Source: the human T2T-CHM13v2.0 reference genome, Homo sapiens
Length of the DNA stretch: 64,000 bases
Direction: 5' to 3' (one strand)
Assembly: GCF_009914755.1 (NCBI RefSeq)
Contig: NC_060925.1
Positions 39,044 through 58,304 of the stretch are shown piece by piece (position 1 is the stretch's first letter; every line of letters starts with the position of its first letter). The position numbers and the translations under genes are program-made. Under the pieces are notes generated by a model, which had not been told where the DNA came from, did not search any database, and worked only from the letters and a program-made list of their open reading frames with translations.

Positions 39044-39763
39044 TGAGACGGAGTCTTGCTCTGTTACCCAGGCTAGAGTGCAGTGGCATGATGTTGGCTT
39101 ACTGCAACCTCCACTCCTGGGTTCAAGTGATTCTTCTGCCTCAGCCTCCCGAGTAGATGGGACTACAGGCATGTGCCGCCAGGCCCAGCTAATTTTTGTA
39201 TTTTTAGTAGAGACAGGGTTTCACCATATTGGCCAGGCTGGTCTCGAACTCCTGATCTCATGATCTGCCTGCCTCGGCCTCTCAAGAGTGCTGAGATTAC
39301 AGGTGTGAGCCACCGTGCCCAGCTCCACCTGGCTAATTTTTGTATTTTTTGTAGAGATGGGTTTTTACCATGTTGCCCAGGCTGGTCTTTAACTCCTGAG
39401 CTCAAGTGATCCACCAGCCTCAGACTCCCAAAGTGGTAGGATTACAGGCGTGAGCCAGCGAGCCCGGCTCACACTGGGTGTTTGACCCTGCTTCTCTCTT
39501 TACTGTTTTGCAGGTTACCAGGACTTTTCCAGTCTAGTCAGCTGACTCTAGTCATATCACTGTGACCATTAAGAGCTCAGAAAAAATGTCCTGGCAATAG
39601 TACATTCTTTGGACAGGCTAGCCCTTGTTCATTTGGCTCCTCTATGACTCTTCATTCCTGGTATATTTCATGATATTGCTGAGTTATTACTCCGTTCTCT
39701 GAAGTCTAAATCCAATTTTCAGCAACTCATGGTTTAATTTATCTTGGTAATTCCCAATATCTT

Positions 39764-41428
39764 TGTGGTAGGCTGAATAATGACCCCCCCCAAAATGTCC
39801 ACATCCTAATCCCCTGGAACCTGTGTATGTTACATTACAGGGCAAAGGGGACTTGCATATGTGACTAAGTCTCATCTCATCATCCTGGATTATCTGGGTA
39901 GACCCTAAATGTAATCACAAGGACCGTAATATGAGGGAGGTCAAGAAGATCAAAGGAGGAAGTGAGGGAGGGGGCAGTTAGGAGCTGGTTAGGCAGATAG
40001 AGAGGGAGGGTCTCTGGAGAAGGACAGAGTGGGACAATGTTCACAGAAACAACTGAAGAACAGCTAAAGGGAAGAAATGTGGTTAAGAATTTCCCCTTGT
40101 GCCAGGATGTTGCTCAAAAGTGACTGTCCCAACCAAGGCGCAGGTGCAATAAATCAACCTAAATGTCCTTCACTTGACCCAGCTCATTATAATGTCATTA
40201 ACATAACATTAGCATTGTGGTTTTAGCACCCTGGTGGGTTTTGTTTAGGCACTCATGGATAATAACCAAGATGGAGTCACTCTGGCCAACCCCAGGCGTA
40301 TACAGATGCAACACTCCTAGGAGGGAATTTTACCCTCCCATTTGAGCAAAGCCCACAAAAGACTTCCTGGCTTCTGCGGCATAAAAGACACAGAACTCAG
40401 CCCTGTTTCTGGCAACTTGCTTTTGTTGCAATAAACTGAGGAATGGAGAGACCAATATGAGAGAAACAGGAGGATTGTTTATTTTCGGTATGCACTGGCT
40501 CAGTGGACTCACATCCAAAAAGCTGAGCATTGAACAAAGACAGAGTGGGGTTTTTATAAGTGGCCTTACAGAAGCAAAACAAAAGCAGTTAATCATACAG
40601 TGACAGGTCACGTAATCTATAGCATAACATAATTTGTGACCTTACATAGCTGGTGGCCTTGCAGCTGCATCGAAAGAAAAACAAGAGCTGGCTAAATACA
40701 GACATTTGTAAAACATAATAATGCTTAAGAAGACTGAGAAAAGAGTAACAGTAAAATAATCTGTCTTTCTCTCTTTTTTTCCCCCTCAACCTTGCTCTGG
40801 AAGCAGGGGAGTGTCTGGAGCCCATTCCTTTGGCCTTGGCTATTCCGACAGCGTTGTAACAGTCCTTGAAATGAGCTTGCTAAGCAGAGGAAAACTTGTC
40901 CTTTTCTTTTTCTTTTGAAACCTTGCCTTGCCACATTCTGGGCCTTAGCTTTTACTTTTCTTGGGGTGAATAAGTGCAGTACTTATTATTATGATTGTTA
41001 TTTTTAAATTTCTGCCTCGCTTTCAGGACCCCTCTCTTTGCTGAGAGTTTTCCTTTTGTTTAATAAATCCTGTTCTATTCTACTCACTCTCCACTGTCTG
41101 TGTGCCTTATTCTTCTTGGTCGTAGAGCAAGAACTCGGACCTAGCTGCACTAAGGACTAAGCAAACTACAAAGGAAGCAAGAGATTGGAGTGATTCAAGG
41201 AAGAAGCCACGAGCCAAGGAATGCAGGTGGCCACTAGGAGCTGAAAAATGCAAGGGAACCGATGATCCCCTCAGAGCCTCTGAAGGAGCCACCCCTGCCC
41301 ATACCTTGACTTTAGCCCAGTGAAACTGGTTTTGAATTTCTGACCTTTAGATCTGTAAGATAATGAACTTGTGTTGTTTTAAGCACTGAGTTTTTGGCAG
41401 TTTGTTACAGCAGTGGGAAACTAATACA
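39764..41428 (+). mobile_element. Three-level LTR nest: MLT1 containing an LTR (39963-41170), which contains an LTR10-like element (40424-41019, -)
   Basis: MLT1 halves tgtggtaggctgaataatg... and ...tttgttacagcagtgggaaactaataca; inner element flanked by cttt TSD; host LTR resumes seamlessly (gcttt|caggacccctct). Confidence 0.7.
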
Positions 41429-42618
41429 ATCCTCTGCTTGCATAATCGGTCCCTTAGTCATGAGGGGAGGGTGACGACTCATTATGCATTTGATCAGGAA
41501 GGGTGGATTTGACCTGCTTATTGACCAGGGAAGGGTGGAGCTGAAAGGCATACAAACCTGCCATGCAGATGTAAACTAGGGGTGGAGCATACTGAAGAGA
41601 TATAAGCAAGACTCTGGCCTACTAGGGGTGGAGCACACTGAAGAGATATAAGCAAGACTCATGGATAATAACCAAGATGGAGTCACTCTGGCCAATCCCA
41701 GGCATATACAGATGCAACCCTCCTAGTAGGGAATTTTACCCTCCCATTTGAGCAAAGCCCACGGAAGACTTCCCGGCTTCTGCCACATAAAAGACACAGA
41801 ACACAGAACTCTACTTCTACAAGAAGTAGAAGGTAGAGCCAGCAAGAGATACAAACAGAACATCCAATTCTCGTGGCAGGAGGATGGTGAGTTTGCACAG
41901 AGAAGGGGCACAGGATGATGGCAGGCTGAGCTGTAAATATTTTTAGGTATTTGGTTCCTATTTTGCTTATACCTAAATTAATGATAGAAAAGAGGATTTC
42001 CACTAGGGTTTTGGGCTGATTGCTTTTGGATGTGGGTTACTGGTACCCAGTGGGGAAGAGGATAGAGACACAGGAGGAGATGCCTGTTGGGAGACAACCC
42101 TACCCAACAGGTGCTGAATTCCAGGAGGATGTGTGAGGCTGGAGATACTCTCTAAGACTGGGGAACTCATCACCAGGAGGCTAGTGAGAGAAAGCAAGGG
42201 CCCCCCCGTGGAGTTGGACCTGACTGTAGCTGGATATTTTGCGAGTGGGTTAGTTTACACAATGACTTGTCAATGCTCCATTTATATGGATATAGCTGAA
42301 AGTCAGAAAGGAAATAGAAATCTGTGAGTTTAGCATCAAAATGCCGAAGGCATTTCAGAGTGTGTGTATTTTAGGTAGAGGACAGTCTCTGGGCTGTTGG
42401 CTTAGCTCTATCCATTCTTCTTGGACATGTAATTTTAAGAAGTGTGGTCATCTGGTTTCTGCCAAACAGATGAGGAAGCCAGGAGATGAGAACAGACAGA
42501 CAACCCTAAGAGGCAAGAGCTGGAAGCCCATGTTAGAAATGCTAATAGTGGGCCAGGCGCGGTGGCTCACACCTGTAATCTCAGCACTTTGGGAGGCCAA
42601 GGCAGGCGGATCACCTCA

Positions 42619-42831
<213 letters not shown>

Positions 42832-43223
42832 TCAAAAAAAAAAAAAAAAAAAAAGAAAAGAAAAAAAGAAAGAAATGCTAACAATGAAAAAACAATGAAA
42901 AACAAAATCAATACACACACAATGGTACCTCCAGCTGCTCCTGCCGCTCAGCCCTTCCCAAGAACTTCCCAATCTCCCTACAATCCACCAATCCAGGGTT
43001 AACTCCTGGCAGAGCAGGGAGCTTTCAGACTTTCCTCCACACCAAGTCTGGCTTCTGTCCTGATTGGTTATGTCCCAGCCTTATGGATACCCCTGAGCAT
43101 AAACGTGCATTGCTTTAGTAATCAATTAAGCTAGCTAACTTTCCTCTCTCAGTATCTGGTAAAAGAAATCCAAAAACTACAGTTAGGGGTCATTTCTTTC
43201 CTTTCTTTCTTTTTTTTTTTTGA

Positions 43224-43556
<333 letters not shown>

Positions 43557-43722
43557 TAATAAAATTCAGCTTTATCTATTTAAAACTGTACCGTACATTT
43601 TAGAGGTTTTAAACATCTTGGTGCTTACATAGGATTGAGCCTGTAACCATCTAGAACTTACTTGTTCAGAGTGACTCATTCTTCAGGATGAGCTCACACT
43701 CCTGCATGAAACAGAACAATAG

Positions 43723-44334
<612 letters not shown>

Positions 44335-47300
44335 TAATAATGATAAACTTGTCAACTCATCTCCGACAGCCAATCCAACCATAGACCCTAGAAAAATAGG
44401 AGTTTAGAATTAAAAAAACAACCTTGATCAGCCAAGGATATGGTTGGATGAAGGCAGAAGGAAGCTCATAGCATAGAGAGACACACTAAAAATAAAAGCA
44501 ACAAAAACAGAGCACACATAGGGCACGCACCTGTTGTCCCAGCTACTTGGAGGGGATGAGGCGGAAGGGGGTGCTGAGGCGGGAGGATCACCTGAGCACT
44601 GGGAGGCTGCAGTGAGCCATGATTGCACCACTGCACTCCAGCCTGGGCAACAGAGTGAGACCCTGTCTCAAAAAAGAAACCAAAAACCAAAAACAACAAC
44701 AACAAAAACCCACTGCCACCACCACCAACAAAAGCAAACCCAAACAAACAATGTGCCTCCCAAATCCAAGAAGAAGACTCATGTTCAAAGGTGACGGAAA
44801 ATTTCAGGTTTGAAGTAGACAAGGAGTCAGAAAATAGGCAACACTACTGACCACACCTGATTCTGGGTCCAGTATGTCCTTGGCAGTGTGCTGTACAGCG
44901 GAGGGAGGGGACCCTCTCTCTAGAAATATGCCCTCGTTGGCAGATGGCCTTGCTTCTCCAAGAGGCCATCATCTGATCTGACCCCCGTATTGCCTTAATT
45001 ACTCACTTTCACACCAATTCTCAACACCAGCCAGGTCAACAGGTTGCTGGCCAGTCCAGGCTCTTGCCTGAGCGAAAGGCAAAACCAGGGCAAAGCTTCA
45101 GATGTGATGGGTGGATACGCTGCACAGCAGTTCTGCAGAGGGGCTGCTGGCATCACAGCTTCACAGACGCAGTATGTGCACTGTATTTTAAGGAGCTGTG
45201 TGAGGCAAGGAACGCCCCAGAGCTCTCCTGGGAAGCCCCAAATGCTCACCGCAGGGCAGTGAGACCCGTGGGGCTGGGAGCTGCCAGGAGTGGTGGGCCC
45301 TCTGCATTTCACTGTGCTCTCCCGCAAGCACTCCTCTCTCTGACTCTCCAGGGCCCTTTCCTTCCTCCCTCTTTGGGCAGTCTTCCCCTCCCCCTTGGCC
45401 CAGGCTTTCTCTGAGCTCCTTCCTGCTCCAGTTCCCCTCGCCTGGGCTCATCCAGTCCTCCCAGGCTTCCGTGACAGCCTGACATTTTAGTCTCTGCCTG
45501 CCTGCAGCTCCCTGATTCTTTCTGGGTCTCCCAATTCAGATTCCCAAGAAAAAATTCAGATGACTGAGTTTGTGTTTTCCTGCCAGTTTGATGTCAGGGG
45601 TCCTGCCTGGGCTTGTAAAGGGTCTTGGTCTCCTCAGCAGAGGTGGGGCCTTGTGATTTACAAGGTGGCCCTTTCCGCAGGGCTGGGAGTCAGCAGGTGG
45701 GCGTCACTGGTTTAGCAAGGACAGAAGAGTAGGTTTCTCATTTTTGCAAAGAAATGGTCCATAAGCTGGAGATTGAAGCATTTTTCCTCCAGTTCCCTCA
45801 CTAACCAGCTGGGTGGCAATGATAAATCACTTCCTTTTCCTATAAAATGAGGGGTCTGAATAGATGCTAATGCCATTTGCTACACACCAGGCACTGCTCC
45901 AACTACTGCAGGCACATTTATTGCCGAATCCCCACAAAGGAGGTGCTATCACTAACTCCTTTTAAAGAAAGGAGGCGGCCAGGTGCGGCGGCTCACGCCT
46001 GTAATCCCAGCACTTTGGGAGCACGAGGCGGGAGAATCGCTTGAGTCCAGGAGTTTGAGGCCAGCCTAAGCAACATGGTGAAAACCTGTATCTACAAAAA
46101 GTACAAAAATTAGCAGGGCGTAGTGGCATGCGACTGTGGTCCCAGCTACTTGGGAAGCTGAGGCAGGAGGATTGCTTGAGTCCAAGAGAAGTGAGCTGAA
46201 ATCGTATCATTGCACTCCAGCCTGGTGACAGAGAGAGACCCTGTCTCAAAAAAGAAAGAAAGAGAGAAAGAGAGAAAGAAAAGAAAGAGAGAAAGGAAGA
46301 AAGAAAGAGAAAAAAGAAAAGGAAGGAAAGCTGAGGCACAGAGCGCTGAGTTGCCCATGGTCACACAGTTAGCAGGTGGCACAGATCCTGTCTAGTTTCA
46401 GAATCCTTGTCCTTGAACATGCTTTGCTCTCTCTCTGAGATTCTTTCAGCTCTTGAGCTTTAGAAATGGAAGTTTCCAGCAAGTTCTTTGCAGCAGCTGA
46501 TGTTCCCTATTAAATGACAGTGGGGAGTCTTAGAAGTATTCGGGAGGCCTACGTTCACCGCTAACATCCTTGTTGTGAAGGCCTGCTGACGTTTGCCATT
46601 CCAGGACCAAGTGGACAATGAGTTAAGCTAGGCCAGGAGGGGGTTCAGCTCCCCATAACAAGGCAGGGGTGGCCCTTTGTGTCCGGCAGCATGGTAGCCC
46701 CCCCGCAGGAGCTCCGGCTACCCTTTGTGTTTGACCTTGTGGAAGGGCATGGGAAATGCTGGCCTGTCAGCAGGCATAAACTCAAAAGTTTCTCCTTCAG
46801 CTAATTTCAGGGACTGTCTAGCCAAGTGAATACACAGGATTAGGTAATCCATGGATCCTGCGAGGGCAATTGGCTGATTGGCTTAGGTGTGCCCAAGAGC
46901 CCTGCAGGTGTCAGAACAAATCCATGTAGAAATGCAGACGCCCACACCGGCTTGAATGGCATAAAGGCACACATTGGAATGTGGCTCATGAGCTGGGACC
47001 CAGGATCAACCACTGGTTTAAGGAGAGGACCGTGAAATGTCCAAACATGGAGGCCAGGCCACCTCCCTGGATGCCTGGCTGAGGGCAGCCACATGTCTGC
47101 AGCGGTGGCTTGTGTCCATGACTGAGATGGGCAGGGTTTGCAGGCAGTGGTGATCCCATCAGCAGTCCCCAGATCTCTAATGTCAGGAGAAAGAGCATGG
47201 GAAGTCCGACGTCCAGGAAAGTCTTTCATCCTGCTTCTCCCTGCCTTGGGCCTTTTCCCATTTCCGCGGTCACCTGTCCACAATGGCTGCACTGTGTGGC

Positions 47301-47469
47301 TCTTCAGGTGTTCCTAAGACACTGAACAACCAAACCCATGGACTGACCGGATATGAAATTGACGTGGGAGGAGATCAGGCAGGTGCTGGGGCTGCCTGGC
47401 GCAATGCACGGAGCCAGAAGTGCTGTTATGGGGAGGGTGTTATTGTTTTAGTGGGTGCAGCAAAGGGTG

Positions 47470-48033
<564 letters not shown>

Positions 48034-48456
48034 TAGGGCATTTCACAGGATGGCCAGGCAGCCCACTTGCCATATGTTGGGGGTCTGCTCATTGTGGCTT
48101 CAGATGTTACCTTTTCAGTGTCTCAGAAGGTATGGAGAATAAGCTGAACTTAAACTTCAAATAAGGAAAAGAAGGAAATAGCTTTCCCCTTCACAAACTC
48201 CTGATTTACTTACAGGCTTTTTGCTTTAAATTTTTTTCCATCCACAGTGTTGGCTGGTTCAAAAGCACACTCACTGCTTCTATTTGTAAAACCATTTGCT
48301 TTGTTGGTCCGTGTAAGTGGAAAACAAAGTTCTTAGAAAAGACTCTCGGTAACCTCACGGAAGGTGCTGTGGGGTTTGCGAGACCTTCTTTCTTGGAAAT
48401 TTCATGGTAGGCAGTTTACCCAGAACATCTTGACATAAGGACCCAGTTCCCTTTGA

Positions 48457-48819
<363 letters not shown>

Positions 48820-49362
48820 TAAAATCCTGGCATTCAACATGGGTTCTGGTCCACATGTGAGCCAAAGCTAGAAGGCCGTGTCTGTGGACTTTGTGGACAC
48901 TAAACAGCCCTTTCCAGGGGCAGTGAGGAGAGCTTCTTCCCGCATCCCCCTTCTTTCCATACGGGACCATGGATTGGGGCCCATGAGGAGGCTGGTGGCC
49001 GCTGGCTGATGCAGGAAGTGAGACAAACATCTGCTTCCTGCAGAGTCTGCCCCAGTTCAGCTGCTCCGGAAGCATTCCTTCAGGGTGAACGGGATGATCT
49101 GTTAAGTCAAGGGCAACGGAATTAGGGACATCCTGGGAGGTTCAGAAAGTCCAGCCAGCTCTGAACAACCGCTCTGTTCCTGAGCACAGTGATCTTACAC
49201 ATGGCAGTGCCTCGGAAGCCTGGGGCATTCTGCTTCACTTGGCCAAGCAGTGCAGGCAGGTGGTTCAGAGGTGAAGGAAGAGAGAATTCAGACAATGAAG
49301 TCCTTGTCCTTCCCAGGCTCTGCCCAGCCTCTGAGACAGTGGGCTTCCTGGGAAACTACTAG

Positions 49363-49713
<351 letters not shown>

Positions 49714-50455
49714 TAGTAGAGATGGAGTTTCTCCAGGTTTGTCAGGGTGGGTCTCGAGCTCCCAACCTTAGGTGATCCACCCGCCTCGGCCTCCCAAAGT
49801 GTTGGGATTACAGGCATGAGCCACCGTGCCCAGCCACAAACACCTGTCTTAAAACAAGCTGTGTACTCACCACACAGCTACCCCCGAACAGGGAACAGAG
49901 GTGGGATTCTCCATGTCACATGGCTGACTCCAAGCTCCACAGCTGTATGGGAGCCAAGTCACCATGATAATCACTCACCTATGTTACTCTGTCCCCTAGG
50001 ATTATCAACCCTCTCTGAAAAGATAAACTTTCTCCTTATGAATTTTAAAAAAGTACTCATTCTAGGTTGTCCTGGAACCTGATGCTTCCTTAGTTTCCCT
50101 GAATCCATAAGTGTAGACACCTAGATGGTCTTTACCATACGGGAATCCATAAAAGGGGCTGGAGCAAGAAAATAGTGGTGGGGGGTTCCTGCAGCATGGG
50201 GAGGTGGGGGCTGTGTTCCTGTTGGGGGCATGGAAGGACAACTGGGCCCTTGGGAGGAAATGAGGAAGAGGCCCCAGGAGCAGCACAGGAAGAGCAAAGC
50301 CAAGGATCCCTCCATGCATTCACCAGCTGGAAATAAGTCAAACGAGAGCAAAAATTTACGTATAAAAGACTCTCAGGCCGGGCACGGTGGCTCACGCCTG
50401 TAATCCCAGCACTTTGGGAGGCCAAGGTGGGTGGATCACCTGAGGTCAGGAGTTA

Positions 50456-50737
<282 letters not shown>

Positions 50738-50947
50738 TTAGCACCAAAGCCCCCCAAACACCAGAGTCCTTGGAGTTGACCTCGTTGTCTTTTTGGCCTC
50801 CTTCTGGGGGACCTGCTTCTGCTTTCTGGAAGGTGCCTCCGTGGGTCCCCGCCCAGCAGGCCCTGGCCTCTGGCCTCTGGCCTGGTGAGGTTCCTCCAGA
50901 GTGGGCGCAGCCAGGCAGCCCCTTGAACTGTGTCTTTCCTGTCTTAG

Positions 50948-51127
50948 AAGGGGCACTGGACGAAGCGCACTGGCCACAGCACTACCCCGCCTGTGGGGGC
51001 CAGAGACAGTCGCCTATCAACCTACAGAGGACGAAGGTGCGGTACAACCCCTCCTTGAAGGGGCTCAATATGACAGGCTATGAGACCCAGGCAGGGGAGT
51101 TCCCCATGGTCAACAATGGCCACACAG
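50948..51127 (+). CDS. CA6: Carbonic anhydrase VI coding exon 2
   Basis: Acceptor tctttcctgtcttag|AA; encodes (E)[25 protein letters not shown]...NMT...VNNGHT with alpha-CA QSPI and NNGHT motifs; donor CAG|gtaag; 180 nt, phase 1-1. Confidence 0.97.
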
Positions 51128-51655
51128 GTAAGAGGAAGGGGTGGTGAGGGGCTCCAGTCCATGGGCAGCCTGCAGGGGAAGGCAGGTTACACGTGTCCCT
51201 GCCAGGAATGGCTTGCACAGAGACACAGAGCACGGCCTCAGAGCTGGAGGCCTCGAACATGAGGGTCGAACATGAGGGCTGACTGGCCCCGAAACCTAGT
51301 GGCTCTTCCAGAGAGGGCAGCATCCATCTTTCGACTCAACTCCCTGCTGGTCCCTTCCTGCAGCGTTATCCTCTTACCCGAGCTCACCCAACCCACCCAG
51401 CAGGTGACAGGCAGGACAGGCCGTGCTGCTGAAGCCACCCTTCCCACGGGGGCTTTCTGTCCATCACCTTGGGTCAGCTTTTCCACATTTCCTATATTGA
51501 GTCTATTCAGCTCAAAGCACCTGACAGGTAGGACCAGGGTTTCTCAGAGTTTTAAGAAGAAAGCTCTGGCTTTCTGATCCCTACAAGAAAGAAGGTGAAG
51601 GTCAGACAGAAAAAGCAGGGCCGTGGGGATGCCCCACTTCAGGAATCCGATATGA

Positions 51656-52012
<357 letters not shown>

Positions 52013-52605
52013 TGATTTTCCAAGTTGGCTCGACTCCTCTGAGCCTCATGACCACCCCAGGAGGGGGCATTTTTTAGGCAGGAAGTCTGAGGCCTCAGGA
52101 GGTCGAGGGACTCACCCAAGGCCACACACTGTCTAATGGCCAAGATGGGCTCACACCCCCAGTTGTCAGGTTTCTTGGCCACATCCTCCTTAGGTTCTGC
52201 ACTCTCTCACTCCTGCTTGGGTTGAGATACATCCCTGCCTGCCACACAGCGATAGGACAGTCACTGGACTTGGCCAGGCATGGTGGCTCATGCCTGTAAA
52301 CCCAGTACTTTAGGAGGCTGAGGTGGGAGGATCACTTGATGCCAGAGTTTGAGACCAACCTGGGCAACTTGGTGAGACTTCATCTCTACAAAAAATCAAA
52401 ACATTAGCCAGGAGTGGTGGTGAGTGCCTGTAGTCCCAGCTACTCGGGAGGCTGAGGTGGGAGGATCACTTGAGCCTGGGAGGTCAAGGTTGTGGTGAGC
52501 CGAGATTACCACTGTACTCCACCCTGGGCAACAGAGCGAGACCGTTTCTTTAAAATAAAAAAATAAAAGGGTCACAGGACTTAGTGTTCTTATCTTGCAC
52601 AATCA

Positions 52606-52899
<294 letters not shown>

Positions 52900-53689
52900 T
52901 CAAAGAAAAAAAAAAAAAGAAAGAAAGAAAACCAATTGTCCTTTATAGGGTTGGTGAAAGTAGCAAATTGGAGAATGAAGCTCTGTCTGTAAAAGGACTC
53001 AGGTTTATGTGGCCAGGAGCCCTGAAATACACAAAGAATGAACAAAAGCCTCATTTTCATCATAATGTCGAGCTCTTGTTTCCAAAGTTACTCTCTGATG
53101 CTTCCAGATTGGCAGGCGGAACTCTTCCTCCCCTCCTTGTCCTCTCCTTGTGGAGAAGGGGCGAAGCACAAAGGCCAAAGGCAGTGGCTTTGTTCACCCT
53201 CCCTGGACAGCTGGTGGGAAGCAATCATTGATGGAGGATCTCTATGGGCAACGCTTGCTGAGTGCGGGCTTCGTGCTGAGGGCCCAGAAGAGGGAAGGCA
53301 TATGGAAGAGAAGAGCCCAGCTTCCCAAGGGGCTTGCAGCGGCTCCCGCCTCCCAATTTCCAGAGGACCCTGTACCTTCTTCCTTTAGGGCTCTGCTCAA
53401 ATTTCTGTGGTCCGGAAGCCTGTTCCTTTGGGGTTCTCACCTCACACGACAGCATGTCGGACATTAGAGTGGACCCAAAGTTCACATTAATTATATATAT
53501 ATTAAAAACAATTTTTTTTTTTGAGATGGAGTCTTGCTCTGTCACCCCGGCTGGAGTGCAGTGGTGCAATCTTGGCTCACTGAAACCTCCACTTCCCAGA
53601 TTCAAGCAATTCTCCTGCCTCAGCTTCCCTGGTACCTGGGACTACAGGCATGTGCCACCACGCCCAGCTAATTTTTGTATTTTTAGTAG

Positions 53690-54149
<460 letters not shown>

Positions 54150-54320
54150 TAATTTAGCTTTTGAAGTTATTTGGCTATTGCCATTGGCTACTTTTCAGCA
54201 AGCTCCAAGCACATTCAGGAATTCTACTGAAGGGGGAAAAAAAGCTAATCTACAAACTTTGAATCTAATGAGATTTTGATGAACACTAAGCTTAACAGTA
54301 AAGTTGACATGACGTATTAA

Positions 54321-54771
<451 letters not shown>

Positions 54772-54983
54772 TAGTTTTTCCTCTTCCAAAATGTCATATG
54801 GTTGGAATCACACAGCATGTAGCCTTTTCACATTGGCTTCTTTCACTTAGCAATATGCATTTAAGTTTCCTCCATGTCTTTTCATGGCTTGATAGCTCAT
54901 TTCTTTTCAGTGCTGAATATTCTATTGCCTGGATGAACCAGTTTATCCATTCACCTATCCAAAGACATCCGGGCTGCTTCTCA

Positions 54984-55154
<171 letters not shown>

Positions 55155-55304
55155 TTAGCCTGGCATGGTGGCTCAAACATACAGTCCTGGCTACATAGGA
55201 GGTTGAGGTGCGAGGCTCACTTGAGCAGCTTGGGAGGTCAAGGCTGCAGTGAGCTATGATTGCACCACTGCACTCCAGCCTGGGTGACAGAGCAAGACCT
55301 TCTC

Positions 55305-55344
55305 TCAATCAATCAATCAATCAGTCAATCAATCAATCAATCAA
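55305..55344. repeat. (TCAA)n microsatellite replacing an Alu tail
   Basis: Direct reading of the sequence. Confidence 0.85.
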
Positions 55345-55415
55345 TTCCATGTGTAGGTTTGTGTGTTTTCAGTCCATGTGGGTAATTACCAAGAGCTTGC
55401 TTGATCGTATAGTAA

Positions 55416-56273
55416 TGTCAGAGGCGTTTGAACCAGAGTGACCCCATCTTGAATAGGGGGTGGGTAAGATAAGGTTGAGACCTACTGGACTGCACTCCCA
55501 GGAGGTTAAGGCATTCTCAGTCACAGGATGAGATAGGAGGTTGGCACAAGATACAGGTCATAAAGCTTGCTGATAAAACAGGTTGCAGTAAAGAAGCCTG
55601 ACAAATCCTACCAAAATCAAGATGGCCACGAGAGTGACCTCCAGTTGTCCTCACTGCTACAGTCCCACTAGTGCTATGACAGTTTACATATGACATGGCA
55701 ACGTCAGGAAGTTACCCTATGTGGTCTAAAAAGGGGAGGCATGAATAATACACCCCTTGTTTAGCATATAATTAAGACATAACCATAAAAACGGGCAACC
55801 AGCTGCCCTTGGGGCTGCTCTGCCTGTGGAGCAGCCATTCTTTATTCCACTACTTCCGTTTTTTTTTTTTTTTGGAGACAGAATCTTGCTCTGAGGCTGG
55901 AGTGCAGTGGTGCTACCTTGGCTCCCTGCAACCTCTGCCTCCTGGTTCAAGTGATTCTCGTGCCTCAGCCTCCCAAGTAGCTGGGTTTACAGGCATGCAC
56001 CACCATGCTCCATTAAGTTTTATAATTTTAGTAAAGACGGGGTTTCGCCATGTCGGCCAGGCTGGTCTTGAACTCCTGACCTCAAGTGATCTGCCTGCTT
56101 CGGCCTCCCAAAGTGCTGGGATTACAGGTGTGAGGCACTGCGCCTGGCCTATTCCTTTATTTTCTTAATAAACTTGCTTTCACTTTATTCTGTGGACTCA
56201 CCCCAAATTCTTTCTTGTGTGAGATCCAAGAACCCTCTCTTGGGGTCTGGATTGGGACCGGTTTTTGGTAACA
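55416..56273 (+). mobile_element. MER41A-type solo LTR in CA6 intron 2 with an internal Alu
   Basis: tgtcagaggcgtttgaaccagag...ggggtctggattgggacc..ggtaaca; aaggggagg|catgaataat junction lacks the GAS-containing segment. Confidence 0.85.
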
Positions 56274-56770
56274 TATAGACCAAGTTGGAAATAATTGACA
56301 TTGAGATAGTATTAAGTCTTCCTATCTGTGAACATGGAATATTTCTCCACTTATTTAGTTCTTCCTGATTTATTTCATTAGTTTTGTGATTTTCCTTATA
56401 TAGATTTTGTCCATATTTTTGGGTTATTTTTGTATTTTTAGTAGAGACGAGGTTTCGCCATGTTGGCTAGGTTGGTCTTGAACCCCTGACCTCAGGTGAT
56501 CTGCCTGCCTTGGCCTCCTAAATTGCTAGGATTACAGGTGTGAGCTGCCGGGCCTGGCCTCCTCATTTTAAAATTAAATTTAAATTAGATTCAACATTTC
56601 AATAAAGAGAAATTCAAATTGAAACACAGGCTGTTGAAACAAAGACAAGTTGCTACAAAATTTCTAAAATGAACTCCCAATTTCTCTGTTTTGGTGCAGA
56701 CTAGTAACAGTTGGTGGGCCGGCACTGATCCATTAATATATATTGCCCAGGTGCCGGCACTGATCCATTA

Positions 56771-57207
<437 letters not shown>

Positions 57208-57688
57208 TCATTTCTCCTGTGGTGCTTACTGTCCATTTAGGGAGCTCTGCTCGGGTCCTCAGCTCCTCGGCTCCCGTCTGCTTTCAGCATCACTGACCTT
57301 GCACGCCTCCTTTTAAGGCCCTTCCACGCCTCCTTTTAAGGCCCTTCCGTCCTTTTCTTGCAAGCATTGATTTTTGAGGCCAGCTACATCTCAAGCTCTA
57401 AATACAGAGCATTTGTTCTGCCAAACAGCCGGTGAAAACCTTTCAGGCCGGATTACTGCATTATAGCACATTACGTTATGAATTTAATCATAGCTCCCCG
57501 CTCCTTTAGACAATTTGGAAAGAAAGAGGGGGCACGTGACAGGTTTTAAATACCTCATATTTGCTATCTTTTAAGAAAACGTTCTTGTTTACAGCCACCA
57601 TTGATGACTTTAAATAGGAAGATCTTGCCAGGCGCAGTGGCTCGCGCCTATAATCCCAGCACTCTGGGAGGCTGAGGAGGTTGGATCA

Positions 57689-58304
<616 letters not shown>

